A stretch of DNA of 64,000 bases from Camelus dromedarius. Taxonomy: Eukaryota. The notes below the pieces were generated by a model. That model had not been told where the DNA came from and ran no database searches. It saw only the letters and a list, made by a program, of their open reading frames with translations. Location of the stretch: assembly GCF_036321535.1 (NCBI RefSeq), contig NC_087436.1, forward strand, positions 44,952,001 through 45,016,000, written 5' to 3'. A program made the translations under genes and the position numbers. Positions 1 through 12,719 of this stretch are shown here, one piece after another. Position 1 is the first letter of the stretch. Each line of letters begins with the position of its first letter.

Positions 1-2409
1 TGTCACTTTCTCTCTCTTCTCATGAAGCTTTCATCTCCTCCAAAACACCCTCTTTCTAAGAGATTTAGTGATAACAGGGAGAGGAGAAACTGGTCCAAGC
101 CTAGAGATAGGCATCTGAAACAATAGACTACTGTCTAATACTTGAAACCAAAGGAAGAGATATGCTTTTTTCATAAGAGGTCTCAATGAGATTTGAGTCA
201 TGACTAAGGCTACACCTAACACAAATAGTTGTTGGCTCACAGAATTTTCACTTTTAAACTAGATATTATAGCATTCTCCTACAGATTCATTTGTTCTTTC
301 ATGCAGCTCAACTCTAAATCTAGTACTAATCTAACTATCACTGCATGTAGATTATAAATGTTTTATGCAAATGAATCTTTACAAAATATTCAGAAAATTG
401 GTTTTAAAATTTCAGAAACTATCCTTTTTTAAAAAAAAACCAACTCATTTTACGAGGAAGAAACTTGAAATATATGATGTATTGATACATTAATACTTGG
501 AATCCAGTTTATCTATCCTTTTTTTCCATTGGCTTTTTTCATAGACATGCTAAGGCCTGGAGAAAACGAATGCTATTGTTATAAAATGGCCCATTGACTG
601 ACCTACAAAAATTCATCTTATAACACCCATTTTTTTCATCAAAATCATCACCATAATTTGAAACTGAATATTGCCCTGGGGAAATATCTTTAAAGACATG
701 CTTACCACAAATATTCTTGAACACTACATTCTAATGTTTGAGAAAGAACAATACTATAGAAGGCAAAATATCAATCAGCAAGTTATAACATTTTTGCTGT
801 TTCATCTTGAAATAAATGAACCAATTAGGACTAAAAGTCAACAGGCAAATTATAATGCCAAGAGATTCTGCTAAGAAGTTTATGAAAGTCAGGATCTCTC
901 AGCTTTACTTTGTTAAATACACAAACAGTGGATTACTGTGAAGGAAAAATATGTGCTATGAGAAATTACAGTTGGCCATACAAAATGGTGAAATATTTAC
1001 ACAAATCATATCCTCATTTTGTGTGTGTTTTTATTGTAAGATGATGATAATTCTTTTGCCAATATTTTTTTCTAAACATTTAAGATTAAGACAAACTCGG
1101 ATTAGTTGATGAGTATCTTTCTACACAGAGCCAGGAAAAATGATTAGAATTAGTACAAAATTTATATCAGGAAATTTATATGCCCTATAATGTGAAACTA
1201 AATTACTTTTCCTTTGTGTACAAGAATGGAAGATTATAGACATGAACCTACCACCAAAATGTGTTGGTTTTGAAAAAGTAAATAATGATATAATTTAGAT
1301 ATAATAATTTTAATTAAAATATATTCTGGATTATATATTATATATATATAATATTATGGCACACTAAAATGAATATCAAATGAGTATCTTCTTAGGACAC
1401 AAGTCAACAAACATATACAGAATACTTATATTATCATATCTGTCCCTCTCTCTATATGAGACTACATCAGATACGCAGAGCTTGGGTTATAGATATTCTT
1501 TCTGTTGCTTTTCTCTCCTCCCAAGGAAGAAACTTATGACTTACAAATTATATAAATAGTGTTTCATAGTGCATGCTTTATTCTGTTTTAGCTAAGGTTT
1601 CTACAAATAGATAATATATAGAATCAATAAAATGCTAGAGGAAAAGCACATTTAAAATATATGCTTATGTAATGAATTGTAGAGTCAAAATTTGGTGTGC
1701 GCTTATATATCTTCACTCTTTTATGTCACAGAGCATGAGAGCACCATTTGTTTGCATGGTTCATCATTCGATATATTTAGATACACTGAACCAAATTATC
1801 CCTTGAAATGGAATCGTATAAAGACCTTGATGTCTTTGGTTGCCCCAAAAGGTTTTAGTCATAATTACCAATATGCACATCATAAATGGCAAACAATCTA
1901 TAAAAAAAACCCTCAAGATCAATGTTCCCTGCATTTCAGTAAAAGTTACGCTTAATATCCATTTCAGAAATTTTTGTTTTGGAAAATAGCAATTTTTGGT
2001 CATTGTAAAAGTATTGAATAGAATGTTCAAGCATTTATTACATATGTGTCATTTTATGCAATATTTTCCTTCAGAAAAGGGATTCATGCCTTTCTTTGGT
2101 GTCCCTAAAAGTCACTATCATTTACTCTTATCTTCAGAGTCTAACGGTGCATCACACAGGTGTTGAACTTGCACTCATGCTTGATGAGTCACTATTTAGA
2201 TGCCACTTTTCATCTTTAAAGCTTTTTATAAAAATTAATTAATGGCAGCCAATTACACTTGTAGGGAAGAAAAAGATATACTTAAATGGTATCTAGATGA
2301 AGAACAGCCAATGTATTTCGATAACAAGTGCTATACCATTTAAACCAAGCCCCGAGACCCTAGAAGTCACTCCCCTTTAGTACACTATAACTAGAAGTGT
2401 TTCATTATT

Positions 2410-2520
2410 ACAGCTTAAAGAAACATAGAGATCATCTACTCCAGACCTTCTTTATAGTTTCCAGATGAAGAAAATGAGGGTTTAAAAGATAACTGACCCA
2501 AGGTAACACAATAAATTGAT
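2410..2520 (-). mobile_element. MIR/MIR3 SINE fragment
   Basis: 'tttccagatgaagaaaatgaggg...aactgacccaaggtaacaca' resembles the reverse complement of the MIR core. Confidence 0.55.
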
Positions 2521-4668
2521 AACAAAATAATTTTATTACTAATAAATTACTAATTTACTAATAAATTATTGCTAATAATTATTGAGTTCTAACAATGTGC
2601 CAGGCACTTTATCATCCTCCAAACACCTGGTGGTAATAAAGCTATCCCAGTTATAATTCCCTATTATTTTTAAAATGGTGAATTACCAAAGTATGAGAAT
2701 TGAAACGTTGAAGAAGTTTTCTTCAACACAAACAAACATCTAGTAATAAGAAAACATGTAGCTATTTTTCGTTCATAAATGTTAATTTTGCCTCTGCTCC
2801 TATGCAACTACTTAACTAAAATCTAGAATATTCAATTTAGCAATAACACCCCTAGGGGAGGCATTTGTCATCTATTTTTTTAACCATGAAAATTTGTTTT
2901 TTAAATTATTATTTTCCATTTCATTGCAAAGAAGAATGTTTCTTTAAACAACAGTCATGAAAGCGTCTCCTGCCTTTAATACTTAGAGAGATCGATGAGG
3001 CAGTAACCCTCAGGTAGATTTAAACTTTTTCCAGAGGACTGTCAAGTTTCAGGGAGTGTCTTTACTTTCTGCTTATGACCATTTTCTTCTTGCTGGCAGC
3101 AAAGCAGTCTTCAGAACTATTTTAACTTTTTTTCAGTGAAAATAAATCTCTTGACCGTAAATGTTTATTTTCTTTATTCCCTTCTGACTACAGATACTTC
3201 TTGCCATCAAAGTCTTCACCAAAGGAAACCAATAGAAGTGTCAATTTTTCTGGTGCTAAAAATTCCTAAAGTCTATAGATACTCTTACAGACAGATTTGC
3301 TGAGCTTTTCTTGCTTTTGGATGAACCTGTAACGGGATACAACAGAACTCCTGTATAGAAAAGGTCATGTTGGCAGAAAGTGACGTGTAAGTATCTTTAT
3401 TCCTTAAAAGAACAGGCTACACTACAGAAACTTGCCACTATATTTTTTTTTAACCAAGAAAATATCAGCAGTCCATTTAATGACAGTAATAATAACTTTT
3501 ATCCATAATTTCAGAAATACAAAGTCCTGCTGAAATAAGACGAACAATACATTAAAACAAACTGTAAAGAAGTTATTACTTATAGGCTGACAAATCACTG
3601 TTAATAGTCTTCATATAGTTTCTCTTGTAGAATCAACATAGTCAAAGTTATCAAACATAAATAATTGAATTTATCTAATAAAACCTATTTTATTTAAGAT
3701 GAATAAATATTTTTGTTCATTTTTCAAGCAGGTCTATTTTTCCATTGAACTCTTTTCTTACCAATAGTAGTAGAAAATTGTCTTTTCATACAAAGTACTA
3801 TGCATATATTTTAGGCCTAAAACCTTGTGTATACATAAACTTTGATGTATGTTTTTTTCCCTGAAATTACAAATCAGTATAAGAAATTAACTATTGACTT
3901 TGAGAACCACATGATGTTTATACTGATATGAACCACATTATTATGGAATATGCAAAATAAAAACTAGAATCCCTGTATATGAAACCATTCTTTGAAGCCC
4001 GAACAACAAAACTAATTTAAAGCAACCATGATAGAGAGCATTTTTAAACAAACCCTTTTATAGGACGTGAAACTCATCCAGAAAGTTTCTTGTTATTCAA
4101 TTTTATTATTTCATAATTTCATACCCACTACATAAATACATGATACATTCTTAGAAATGACATCTAACCAATTCTAAATATTTCTTTCTTTCTTTTTTTC
4201 TTCCCTTCTTTTGGTAAAAGGAAAAATATATAAAAAAAATCTTAATTGTTTTCCTAAACAATTAGGTAATTTCTCCCCTTTGCATGGGTATCTGACCACC
4301 TTACCTCTTGGTCACCATCTACTTAGAATATAATTTTCCATGGGATAACTTCTTAAGTACATAACACCAGGTCAGTGAGAACAAATATAAAAATAATCTG
4401 AAATCTGAATTTTTTTCTAAGCCTTCCTTACGAAAGTCCAGATATTTTTTATATATGTCTAAGGATGCAAAGCGATGACTAAACTTTCACTGAGACAAGA
4501 GGAAAGAGTAATTATCAGTGGTTTATTTTATAATCAGCACTTTACCTCAAAGATCTAAGATTTACCTGAAGGCATGAAATGAAAGAAAAAAGGAAGTCGT
4601 AACTCACTGTGGTGAACCAGATGCCAAGCAGAGTTAAGTCTTTCCATAGTATTATATTTAGTCCATGT

Positions 4669-5090
4669 TGTGGTTGTTTGTAATGTTGGCCCCAAGCATA
4701 GCTCCCCTCCTCACCGTATGAGGACTAGTACTCTAGTCTATTGCCATAGGACTTAAAGTGTCTTCTTGCAAGAGGGGGGTACACTCTCCTGTCCCACTGA
4801 CATCAGGTCGCCTACGTGACTTGCCCTGGCCAGTAGCGTGAACAGCGTGGTAGTGTGCCAGTTCTAAGTAGAAGCTTTATTAAGCCTTGTATGTTTCTGC
4901 CAGTTCTTTCTCTTTCCCTCTGCCATGAAAACACAACCCACGTTGGAGTGGCCTAATAGTTTAGACTCCAGAATGAGAAAATACAAAAGTCAACATGTAA
5001 TGAGAACATGGAGTAAACCTCTACTGTAAGACATTCAGATTTGAGGATTCTTCCTTACTGTAACATACCCTAAGAAAAGTTGATTGATGT
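4669..5090 (+). mobile_element. MaLR LTR (MLT1I/J-like), solo LTR
   Basis: Starts TGTGG; contains 'gtgacttgccctggcca', 'tgtgccagttctaagtagaagcttta' and a 3' 'taaacctctactgtaag...agatttgagg' block typical of old MLT1 LTRs. Confidence 0.7.
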
Positions 5091-5221
5091 GTATGCTGTG
5101 TAAGATGAGCGACATTATATTCATTTTATAGAGAAGGAAGCTGAGGCTCAGGGAGGTTAAGCAATATTTCCCCCAAAATTTGAGGTTCAGAGTTGGCAAG
5201 TAAAAATCCCCTTGAGAGATA

Positions 5222-5378
5222 ATATCTGTGCCTTGGTTTTCTCATCTGAAAAAATAAAAAATCTTATCTCTTACGGTTATATGTAGAGTTGTTTTGGGAA
5301 TTAAATGAGTTAATACATGTAAAATACTCAGAACAGTGCCAAGCAATAAATGTTAATCACTGTTTTCATTATTATTGC
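5222..5378 (+). mobile_element. MIR SINE (3' half)
   Basis: 'tctgtgccttggttttctcatctg...attaaatgagttaatacatgtaaaatactcagaacagtgcc...caataaatgtta'; a short opposite-orientation MIR piece lies at ~5115-5170. Confidence 0.75.
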
Positions 5379-5636
5379 TAGTTCTAGGGCTTCCTTTTCT
5401 TTCAAAAATCTGATTGACTATTAAGAGCTATTGTATTTTTAAACTACTCTGGTGACTAATGTAAGCTATTTTTTAAAAAAGACAATGGCCATTATCATGA
5501 AAAATACACAACTACTATCATGAATATACCAAAAACTTGCAAAAACAAATTCTTCCAGAATCTAGACCAATCACTATAGTTAATCAGATAATAGGAAGCT
5601 TTATATGCATAAGGAATCAGTCAAGGATCTCCAGAT

Positions 5637-5841
5637 CAGAGCTGTCTAATAAAACTTTCTAGATACTAGAAATGTTCTATACCTGTGCTATACACCCCAA
5701 AGCCATTAGCTACATGTGGCTAGTAAGTAGTTGAAATGTGGCTAGTGAAACAGAACTAACTTTTTAAATTTTATTCAGTTTTAATTTTTTTGTATTTATA
5801 TAGTCACATGTAGCTAGTGGCTGCCATATTGGAGACCTCAA
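5637..5841 (+). mobile_element. MER3 hAT-Charlie MITE
   Basis: Colinear with recalled MER3 consensus: 'cagagctgtctaataaaactttct...gaaatgttctata...tagctacatgtggcta...ttgaaatgtggctagtg...cacatgtagctagtggctgccatattgga'; flanks ctccagat / ctctatac resemble a decayed 8-bp NTCTAGAN target duplication. Confidence 0.85.
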
Positions 5842-5895
5842 CTCTATACTACATATTGGAGACCTCAACTCTATACTACATATTGGAAATCTCAA
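5825..5895. repeat. 27-bp tandem duplication (2 exact copies + 1 partial)
   Basis: catattggagacctcaactctatacta at 5825-5851 and 5852-5878; partial catattggaaatctcaa at 5879-5895. Confidence 0.95.
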
Positions 5896-6108
5896 GCGCA
5901 ATGAAATACTCTCATTTTCACATTAAAGCATCGGACTCTTCTTCCCATTAACTAAGGAAGTTTGAGGAGGACAAAAATCTAAGCAATGGAATGGTTAGGT
6001 GACTGTTATTCTGGAGAATAACCTAAAGGATCATTTGTACATTACGGTGAAATTGTCATAGACTGATATTCTGTATGCCGTCAATAGCAATTAAACCAAT
6101 AAACTAAA

Positions 6109-7143
6109 AATATACATTGGAATAAAGACAGTCTCTTCAGCAAATGGTGTTGGGAAAACTGGACAGCAGCATGTAAAACAATGAAGCTAGAACACTCCCT
6201 TACACCATATACAAAAATCAACTCAAAATGGATTAAAGACTTAAACATAAGACAAGATACAATAAACCTCCTAGAGGAAAACATAGGCAAAACATTATCT
6301 GACATACATTTAAAAAATTTTCTCCTAGAAGAAATAAAAGCAAGAATAAACAAATGGGACCTAATGAAACTTACAAGCTTCTGCACAGCAAAGGAAACCA
6401 GAAGTAAAACAAGAAGAAAACCTATGGAATGGGAGAAAATTTTTGCAAGTGAAACCGACAAAGGCTTGATCTCCAGAATATATAAGCAGCTCATACGACT
6501 CAATAAGAAAAAAATAAACAACCCAATCCAAAAATGGGCAGAAGACCTAAACAAGCAATTCTCCAAGGAAGACATACAAATGATCAAAAAGCACATGAAA
6601 AAATGCTCAATATCACTAATTATCAGAGAAATGCAAATCAAAACTACAATGAGGTATCACCTCACACCAGTCAGAATGGCCGTCATTCAAAAATCCACAA
6701 GTGACAAATGCTGGAGAGGCTGTGGAGAAAGGGGAACCCTCCTACACTGCTGGTGGGAATGCAGTTTGGTGCAGCCACTATGGAAAACAGTGTGGAGATT
6801 CCTCAAAAGACTAGGAATAGACTTACCATGTGACCCAGGAATCCCACTCCTGGGCTTGTATCCAGAAGGAAATCTACTTCAGGATGACACCTGCACCCCA
6901 ATGTTCATAGCAGCACTATTTACAATAGCCAAAACATGGAAACAGCCTAAATGTCCATCAACAGGTGACTGGATAAAGAAGATGTGGTATATTTATACAA
7001 TGGAATACTACTCAGCCATAAAAACCGACAACATAATGCCATTTGCAGCAACATGGATGCTCCTGGAGAATGTCATTCTAAGTGAAGTAAGCCAGAAAGA
7101 GAAAGAAAAATACCATATGAGATCGCTCATATGTGGAATCTAA
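6109..7143 (+). pseudogene. ORF2: LINE-1 ORF2p C-terminal region (post-RT plus cysteine-rich domain), 5'-truncated
   Basis: Open frame [18 protein letters not shown]...[13 protein letters not shown]...[16 protein letters not shown]...[10 protein letters not shown]...[18 protein letters not shown]...[15 protein letters not shown]...MRSLICGI*; lacks EN and RT domains. Confidence 0.95.
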
Positions 7144-7464
7144 AAAACAAAAACAAAAACAAACAAACAAACAAAAACAAAGCGTAAATAAAGGACAGAA
7201 ATAGACTCACAGACAGAGAATACAGACTTGTGGTTACCAGGGGGGTGGAGGGTGGGAAGGGATAGACTGGGATTTCAAAATTGTAGAATAGACTACACTG
7301 TATAGCACAGGGAAATATACACAAAATGTTATGATAACTCACAGAGAAAAAAATGTGACAATGAGTGTGTATATGTCCATGAATAACTGAAAAATTGGGC
7401 TGAACACTGGAATTTGACACAACATTGTAAAATGATTATAAATCAATAAAAAATGTTAAAAAAA
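6110..7464 (+). mobile_element. Young 5'-truncated LINE-1 (ORF2 3' part + 3' UTR + A tail) with 17-bp TSD
   Basis: ORF2 homology; AATAAA near 7445 followed by an A tail; TSD aaaccaataaa[c/t]taaaa at 6093-6109 and 7465-7481; left flank tt|aaac resembles the L1 endonuclease site. Confidence 0.95.
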
Positions 7465-7624
7465 AAACCAATAAATTAAAAGTGGCCATGATGACACTGT
7501 TTTCATAAAACAAAGCTCCTTGGAGGGGAGGCAAGAAAACTTTTATGGTAACTTAGCTACAGACTTCCTAAAGCTAGGAACTCCGGTTTCAAAACCTGAC
7601 TAATGAAAAGCAACACTGTTTTAA

Positions 7625-8388
7625 ATACCATCTCCAGTGATACCACCCTAGCCCAAACCATAATCAATTCTCAACTGAACCATTACAATAACCTGAAAAT
7701 TGGTGTCTTCGTGTCTGCCCTTATCCCATCCATTTCATACTCAACATTGCTACCTGTCAGAGTAAGAAGCTCAAATCACAAACCTTATGTTATACTCTGC
7801 TTGAAACCCACCAATGTCCTATCATTACTGTTGGAAGAAAATCCAGTCTTTACTATGATCTATCAATTCTGGTATGATCTGGTTTTGTCTCAGAGCATGC
7901 CCTCATTTGATACCCTTCTCTCCCTTCATTCACAGCATTCTGTTTATGTATGCTGTATAAGATTAGTGACTTTATATTCATCTTACAGGAAATGGAGATG
8001 GATTTTTAATGAGACATCAAATTCTTTCCTTCCCCAGGACCTTTATACATGCTGCTCCTTCTTCCTAGGGCACTCTTTTCACACCCTTTCTCTTCTGCTG
8101 GTTTAGTTCACTTCTATTTATCCCTCATGTTTCAGCTTACATTTCCTGCCATGGAGAGGTCTTCCTTGACCACTTCTAATATCCCTTTCAACACCCTGTG
8201 CATTTCCCATGTGTCCCTAATCCAGTTGATGATTTTGAGTTCATTTGCATAACCTCTGTCTCCCACACTACACTATATGCTCAGTGACAAGCGGAAGTAT
8301 ATCTGCTTTAAATCTGCTTTGTTAACCACTCTATTTTCAGCACTTAGCACACTCAATAAATACGTATTGAATGACTGAACGAATGAAC
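7625..8388 (+). mobile_element. L2 LINE 3' region
   Basis: 'ccaccctagcccaaaccataatc', 'ggacctttatacatgctgctcc', ending 'cacttagcacactcaataaatacgtattgaatgactgaacgaatgaa' (L2 tail). Confidence 0.8.
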
Positions 8389-9430
8389 TCCCTCTTGTCT
8401 TCACTGTGTCTTTTTTCCCGAAGGTACCTATTACTCTCTTTCCCTCTAATGTCCTCAATCCTTATGTCGACACTGGCTTTCCCCCCTCAGCTTCCAAGCC
8501 TGCAATTTCCTCCACTTGATCAGCCCTTTATTATTATCTACCTCGTATCTTTACTACAACCTACCTCCTGTTAGTCTCTTTGCTTCCTCTACAGAGTCCT
8601 CTCCTGTCCCCAGTCCTCTCCTCTCCCCAGCCTCATGTCTGTTCTTACCTTCTCCCTGCAAAGTCCCTTCTCCTAACTGCATCTGCACTTAAGGTCTCAA
8701 ATATTTATTATTCAGTTGGACCTTAGGAAGTCTGCAAAAATTGTTTTGCTTTGTTTTTGTCGTTCATTTGCTTTAAGTGCTTACTGGGAGAGCTTAAACT
8801 TTTTTAAACTTAATTTAAAATTAGCTAGGGATGAATTGTAGCTAGAAGTAAAACTAGGGATGCTAAGCATAAGAAAAGGTTGAGTTAATGAAATAATGTG
8901 CTCTTAATTGATGGATAAGAGCCATATGACTATGCAGGAAAACATCTTAAAAATTTTCTTAAACACAAAATTAAAGGACATATAAAATGGCCTCTAAAGT
9001 TAGAATATTCCACTTTAATTCAGCTCACTAAAGTGATATATACAAGAAAAAATGCAAAACCCCTTTCCTTTCATAGTGGACAAATATCACCTCCTCCTGG
9101 AAAACAAAGCTGAATGGGAAGAGAATGGAAGCTACTGAAACAAAAATGGGCAGATGAGGGCAATGTGATGGAAGCTGCTCAAAGGTTAAGATTGGAGGAG
9201 GAGGATGTCTGGGGCTATAGAGTAGTTAAACCAGTCTGTTTGCCTGCCCTGCCTATAACGCATTCTCAGAGATGCTGTTCTGGAGGGACTAAACTCAGGG
9301 GAAAGGGGGCTACATACTCTAGACCCTCATGCCCTCTCACTCCATAGCAAATGTGACTGGGAATGGTTTCAAAACACACTAGTTCATGGCTCCCAACCTC
9401 CAAGCAGATTCATTCTCCAGCATATAAAGT

Positions 9431-9440
9431 CACACACACA

Positions 9441-9492
<52 letters not shown>
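9431..9492. repeat. (CA)n microsatellite, ~31 units with one GA interruption
   Basis: Direct reading. Confidence 0.97.
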
Positions 9493-9496
<4 letters not shown>

Positions 9497-10914
9497 GTAA
9501 CTTGTAAGATCTGTAGCCTTAAAGTTAGCCCAGAGTGGAGGCGAGAGATCTCTGCTGGCCCAAATCACATGAAAATTAAGACTCCAGAGAAGGTAGAAAA
9601 TATTTAAGAGCCTTGCAGAGGGTCTTGGTCTGCACACAAAGGAAGCATCAGAGAGGGGTTCCATCAGAATCCAAAACCAGAGTCTACAACCAGAGAGAGA
9701 GAGAGGGATGCAGAAGCCAAAGAGACAGAGTCAGCTTTCCACTCTGCTGTGCATTCTGACCAGCGATCCCATGTGATTGCCCTGTATCCCTACCCCGAAT
9801 CTCCCTTTCCCAACCCAGCTGGAGTCTGTTTCTGCTCCTTGTAATCAAATAATTCCTAAGGATACAAGCCAGAAACTCATTCACTGAAATATTTGATAGA
9901 AAAAAAAATCACACTATTAAAGAATATTTATGATTGGAAAATGCTTATGATACAACTGAGGAAAAGCAGAGTATGATTTCAATGGCATTTAAAAAACAGA
10001 CACAGACACACACACACTTAGAGATGGAGAACATAGTGCAGAGATGGTGATTCAACAACCCACAGCAGTTAACAGGCATATTTCCACAGAGGTCACACCA
10101 TCACAGGCAGTTATGGTATCTATTCAGTTTCTATTTTTTAACTGGAAATTAAAGAATCATTTAAATACTTTATGCCTTCAAAATGGAAAGTATTGAGAGA
10201 CTAAACATGTGCAGACGTTGGAAGACCAGATTTGTATGCTTATGATTTAGTCACTCACTTTATCACTCTGCTGAACACCGCTAGCCACTCTGCTGATTTT
10301 GAACATTATGCAGTTTTAAATGACACTTATCCTTTGTCATCCATATTTTAATGTATGTCTACAATGGACAATTAGTTAAATACAGGCAGCACAATTGAAA
10401 TGTAAGTTAAAGAGAAACAAACAGATCAAAGAGAGAGCTAGAGAGAAAGAAGTAGTATTTCAAATTTGTATCAAGAAGATTTCCACCAGCTCCATATGTT
10501 AAATGCATCTGATCAAGATGGTGTTCCCGAAACAGAAAAAATATTGTGACGATTCTATCAAGTTGACTTTCATTTGTTTGGAATTAAGACTATCCATCCC
10601 CACATTTTTTCCCCACATTGTACTTGGACATATCCTGAAACTTTCTCCCTTATGTCATCATTCGGATTCAACCATAAAAATTATTTTAAAAATGGATTCA
10701 TTGCAAAAGGCAACACTTGCAAACATTAGGTAATGAAAACATGTTTTTCCTATTTTCAATACCATAAACACAGATTTCAATCTATATTTTAATGCATATT
10801 TGGCCTCAAAACTATTATGTTATTTAAATATTTATTTGTCAACAAAACATATTTGTTCTCACACAAGTGAAGTAAGTTAAAGAGCATGCCTCTCTTGGCC
10901 ACATTGCTAAAGCC

Positions 10915-11000
10915 CAGCTTCATGTTCTTTATCTGTTAAAAGAAGGAATTAGATGAGATATCTTTTAAGGACCCTTTTGGCTCTAAAATTCCATGATTAT
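10915..11000 (+). mobile_element. MIR3/MIRc fragment
   Basis: 'ctttatctgttaaaagaaggaattagatgagatatcttttaaggacccttttggctctaaaattccatgatt' matches the MIR3-type 3' end. Confidence 0.65.
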
Positions 11001-11244
11001 GAAGAAATAAGATCAGGTCCAGTCGAATTCCTACTTGCCTAGATCCTCAATATAAGTACATGTATGAGTGTATCTTCCCAAGTGCTTTCTCTATGGTATA
11101 AATGTCTCTGAAGACTCATACACCGACACAGATCATTTTTAGACATCAATGGATCGCAAAGAGAACATGGAAAATTAAATGCAAAATCTTTGCTATATCA
11201 TGCAGAGTGAAAAATGTTTTAAATTAATATTATTTCATGTTTAC

Positions 11245-11930
11245 TTTTAACAGAGTTATACATACACCTAGTTCATAGTATCAAATAGTACAAAGAAAAC
11301 AAAACAGAGCAACAACAGCAGCCTCTCGCTCTCCATTTTCAATTTCTGCATCCCAGAGGGAACTCTGCTCAACCCTTTCAGTTGATTCTTTAGTTAAATA
11401 CCTTCCTATCTCTAAATAATAGTCTCTTTGCACTCTGGTTTTTCAGCTCTAGGCTTCATCTGTTGATTTCACCCTTGGGGGCTTATGATTTAGCTCTGTT
11501 TTTTACTACCAATATCTCTTCCCCACCTAACATGCCACAGATATCTGTGCTCCACCAGCTCAAAATTTTACACCGTAATAGTGGATGGAAAACTGTGCTG
11601 AGTTTATGTTGACTCTGGAAAACTATATCCACAACAAAAGCTTTTGTATATCACGATTTCTTTTCATTTTCTGCATAATATTCTGTCTTCCCTGGAGTTC
11701 CTGTCTTATTTTTAATTTGCCTAGTTTTTCAGTACTTCTGATTAATTAAAATACAAACCTTCAGTCAATTATCACGGTGTTCAGTAGCATTACATATACA
11801 TCTTCTTAAAGCAATCTCTCCTTGAACTTTTCTGACCTGATCCAATCTGGACCAAATGTTACCCACACACAGTTCACAGCTATGACCTTTTATCTCTCTC
11901 TTGAATCACATCCCACTTCCTGCAGCATAT
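11245..11930 (-). mobile_element. Old L1M(E)-type 3' fragment (tentative)
   Basis: 'gagttatacatacac...tcccagagggaactctgctcaaccctttcagttgattct' resembles the antisense 3' end of ancient L1ME. Confidence 0.35.
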
Positions 11931-12539
11931 ACTAAATTCAGGTAGGTGATGGAAAGATGTACATAGATAGAGATGCAGGTACACAGACCACGTTACATCT
12001 TCTGTGGATAAAAGATGACACCAGTGACAAAAACATGGGCTTATTTGTAAAATGGCCTATCATTTTGATACCCAGTGGGTAAATGTTTACTTTTGACCAT
12101 TTTTTTAGTGGAAGAAACATACTTCCTTATTATGAAAAGATACTTTTTAAGTTTAGAGAGGTGGATTTTATTATAATCAGTTTGAAATTCTAACTCCAAT
12201 TTCATATAAAATAGAATAATGATAATACTGATAACTGATTGTTTTCTTCCGGGCACATCTGAATGTTTAAAACTTTATATAACTTCTTATTTGATGGCAA
12301 GCACAAGCCCTGCTCAAGGCAGTATTGTGTTTCCAGGAGTAGAACTGGTATTAGCTTTAACACAAATCGACACAAGAAAAAACCAGGCAGAAAAATTGGT
12401 AACCACAATATCTGAATGGAAGCTCTAATTTTTTTTCTTTATAGTTCCTGCTGTCAATATAAAAAATGGATATGTAGTACGCAGTGCTATAATTATGCAA
12501 GCATGGCCCTTTAGGTTTTTCAAAACACCCTAACACACA

Positions 12540-12700
12540 TCATTTATCATCATACTAACTCTGCAAAATAAGTCAAAGAGATACAACTATCTCCATTTCT
12601 AGATGAGAAAGCTGACTTGTAGAAAGGATAACTTACCTGCGGTGCCACAGGGAGCCACTGTCAACTGGCATTGGGACCCATGGCTCTTGAAAGCTGGTCC
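12540..12700 (-). mobile_element. MIR SINE
   Basis: 'tctccatttctagatgagaaagctgac...ggataacttacctgcggtgccacag'. Confidence 0.65.
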
Positions 12701-12719
12701 TGTGATCCTGTTTTTTGTT

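Noticed and set aside
3367..3392. Plus-strand ATG TTG GCA GAA AGT GAC GT|GTAAGT (MLAESD) as a first coding exon
   Set aside because: Peptide not recognised, no promoter or CpG context, no downstream partner exons identified
5825..5895. Direct repeats as a CRISPR-like array
   Set aside because: No spacers, mammalian context; a simple tandem duplication
6081..6641. 186-aa minus-strand ORF (and 7127-7420)
   Set aside because: Antisense shadow of L1 ORF2 and its 3' UTR; a common artefact
7603..8106. 167-aa ORF (likewise 22775-23227 and 28292-28609)
   Set aside because: These lie within decayed L2 or MLT1 repeats and show no protein-family motifs
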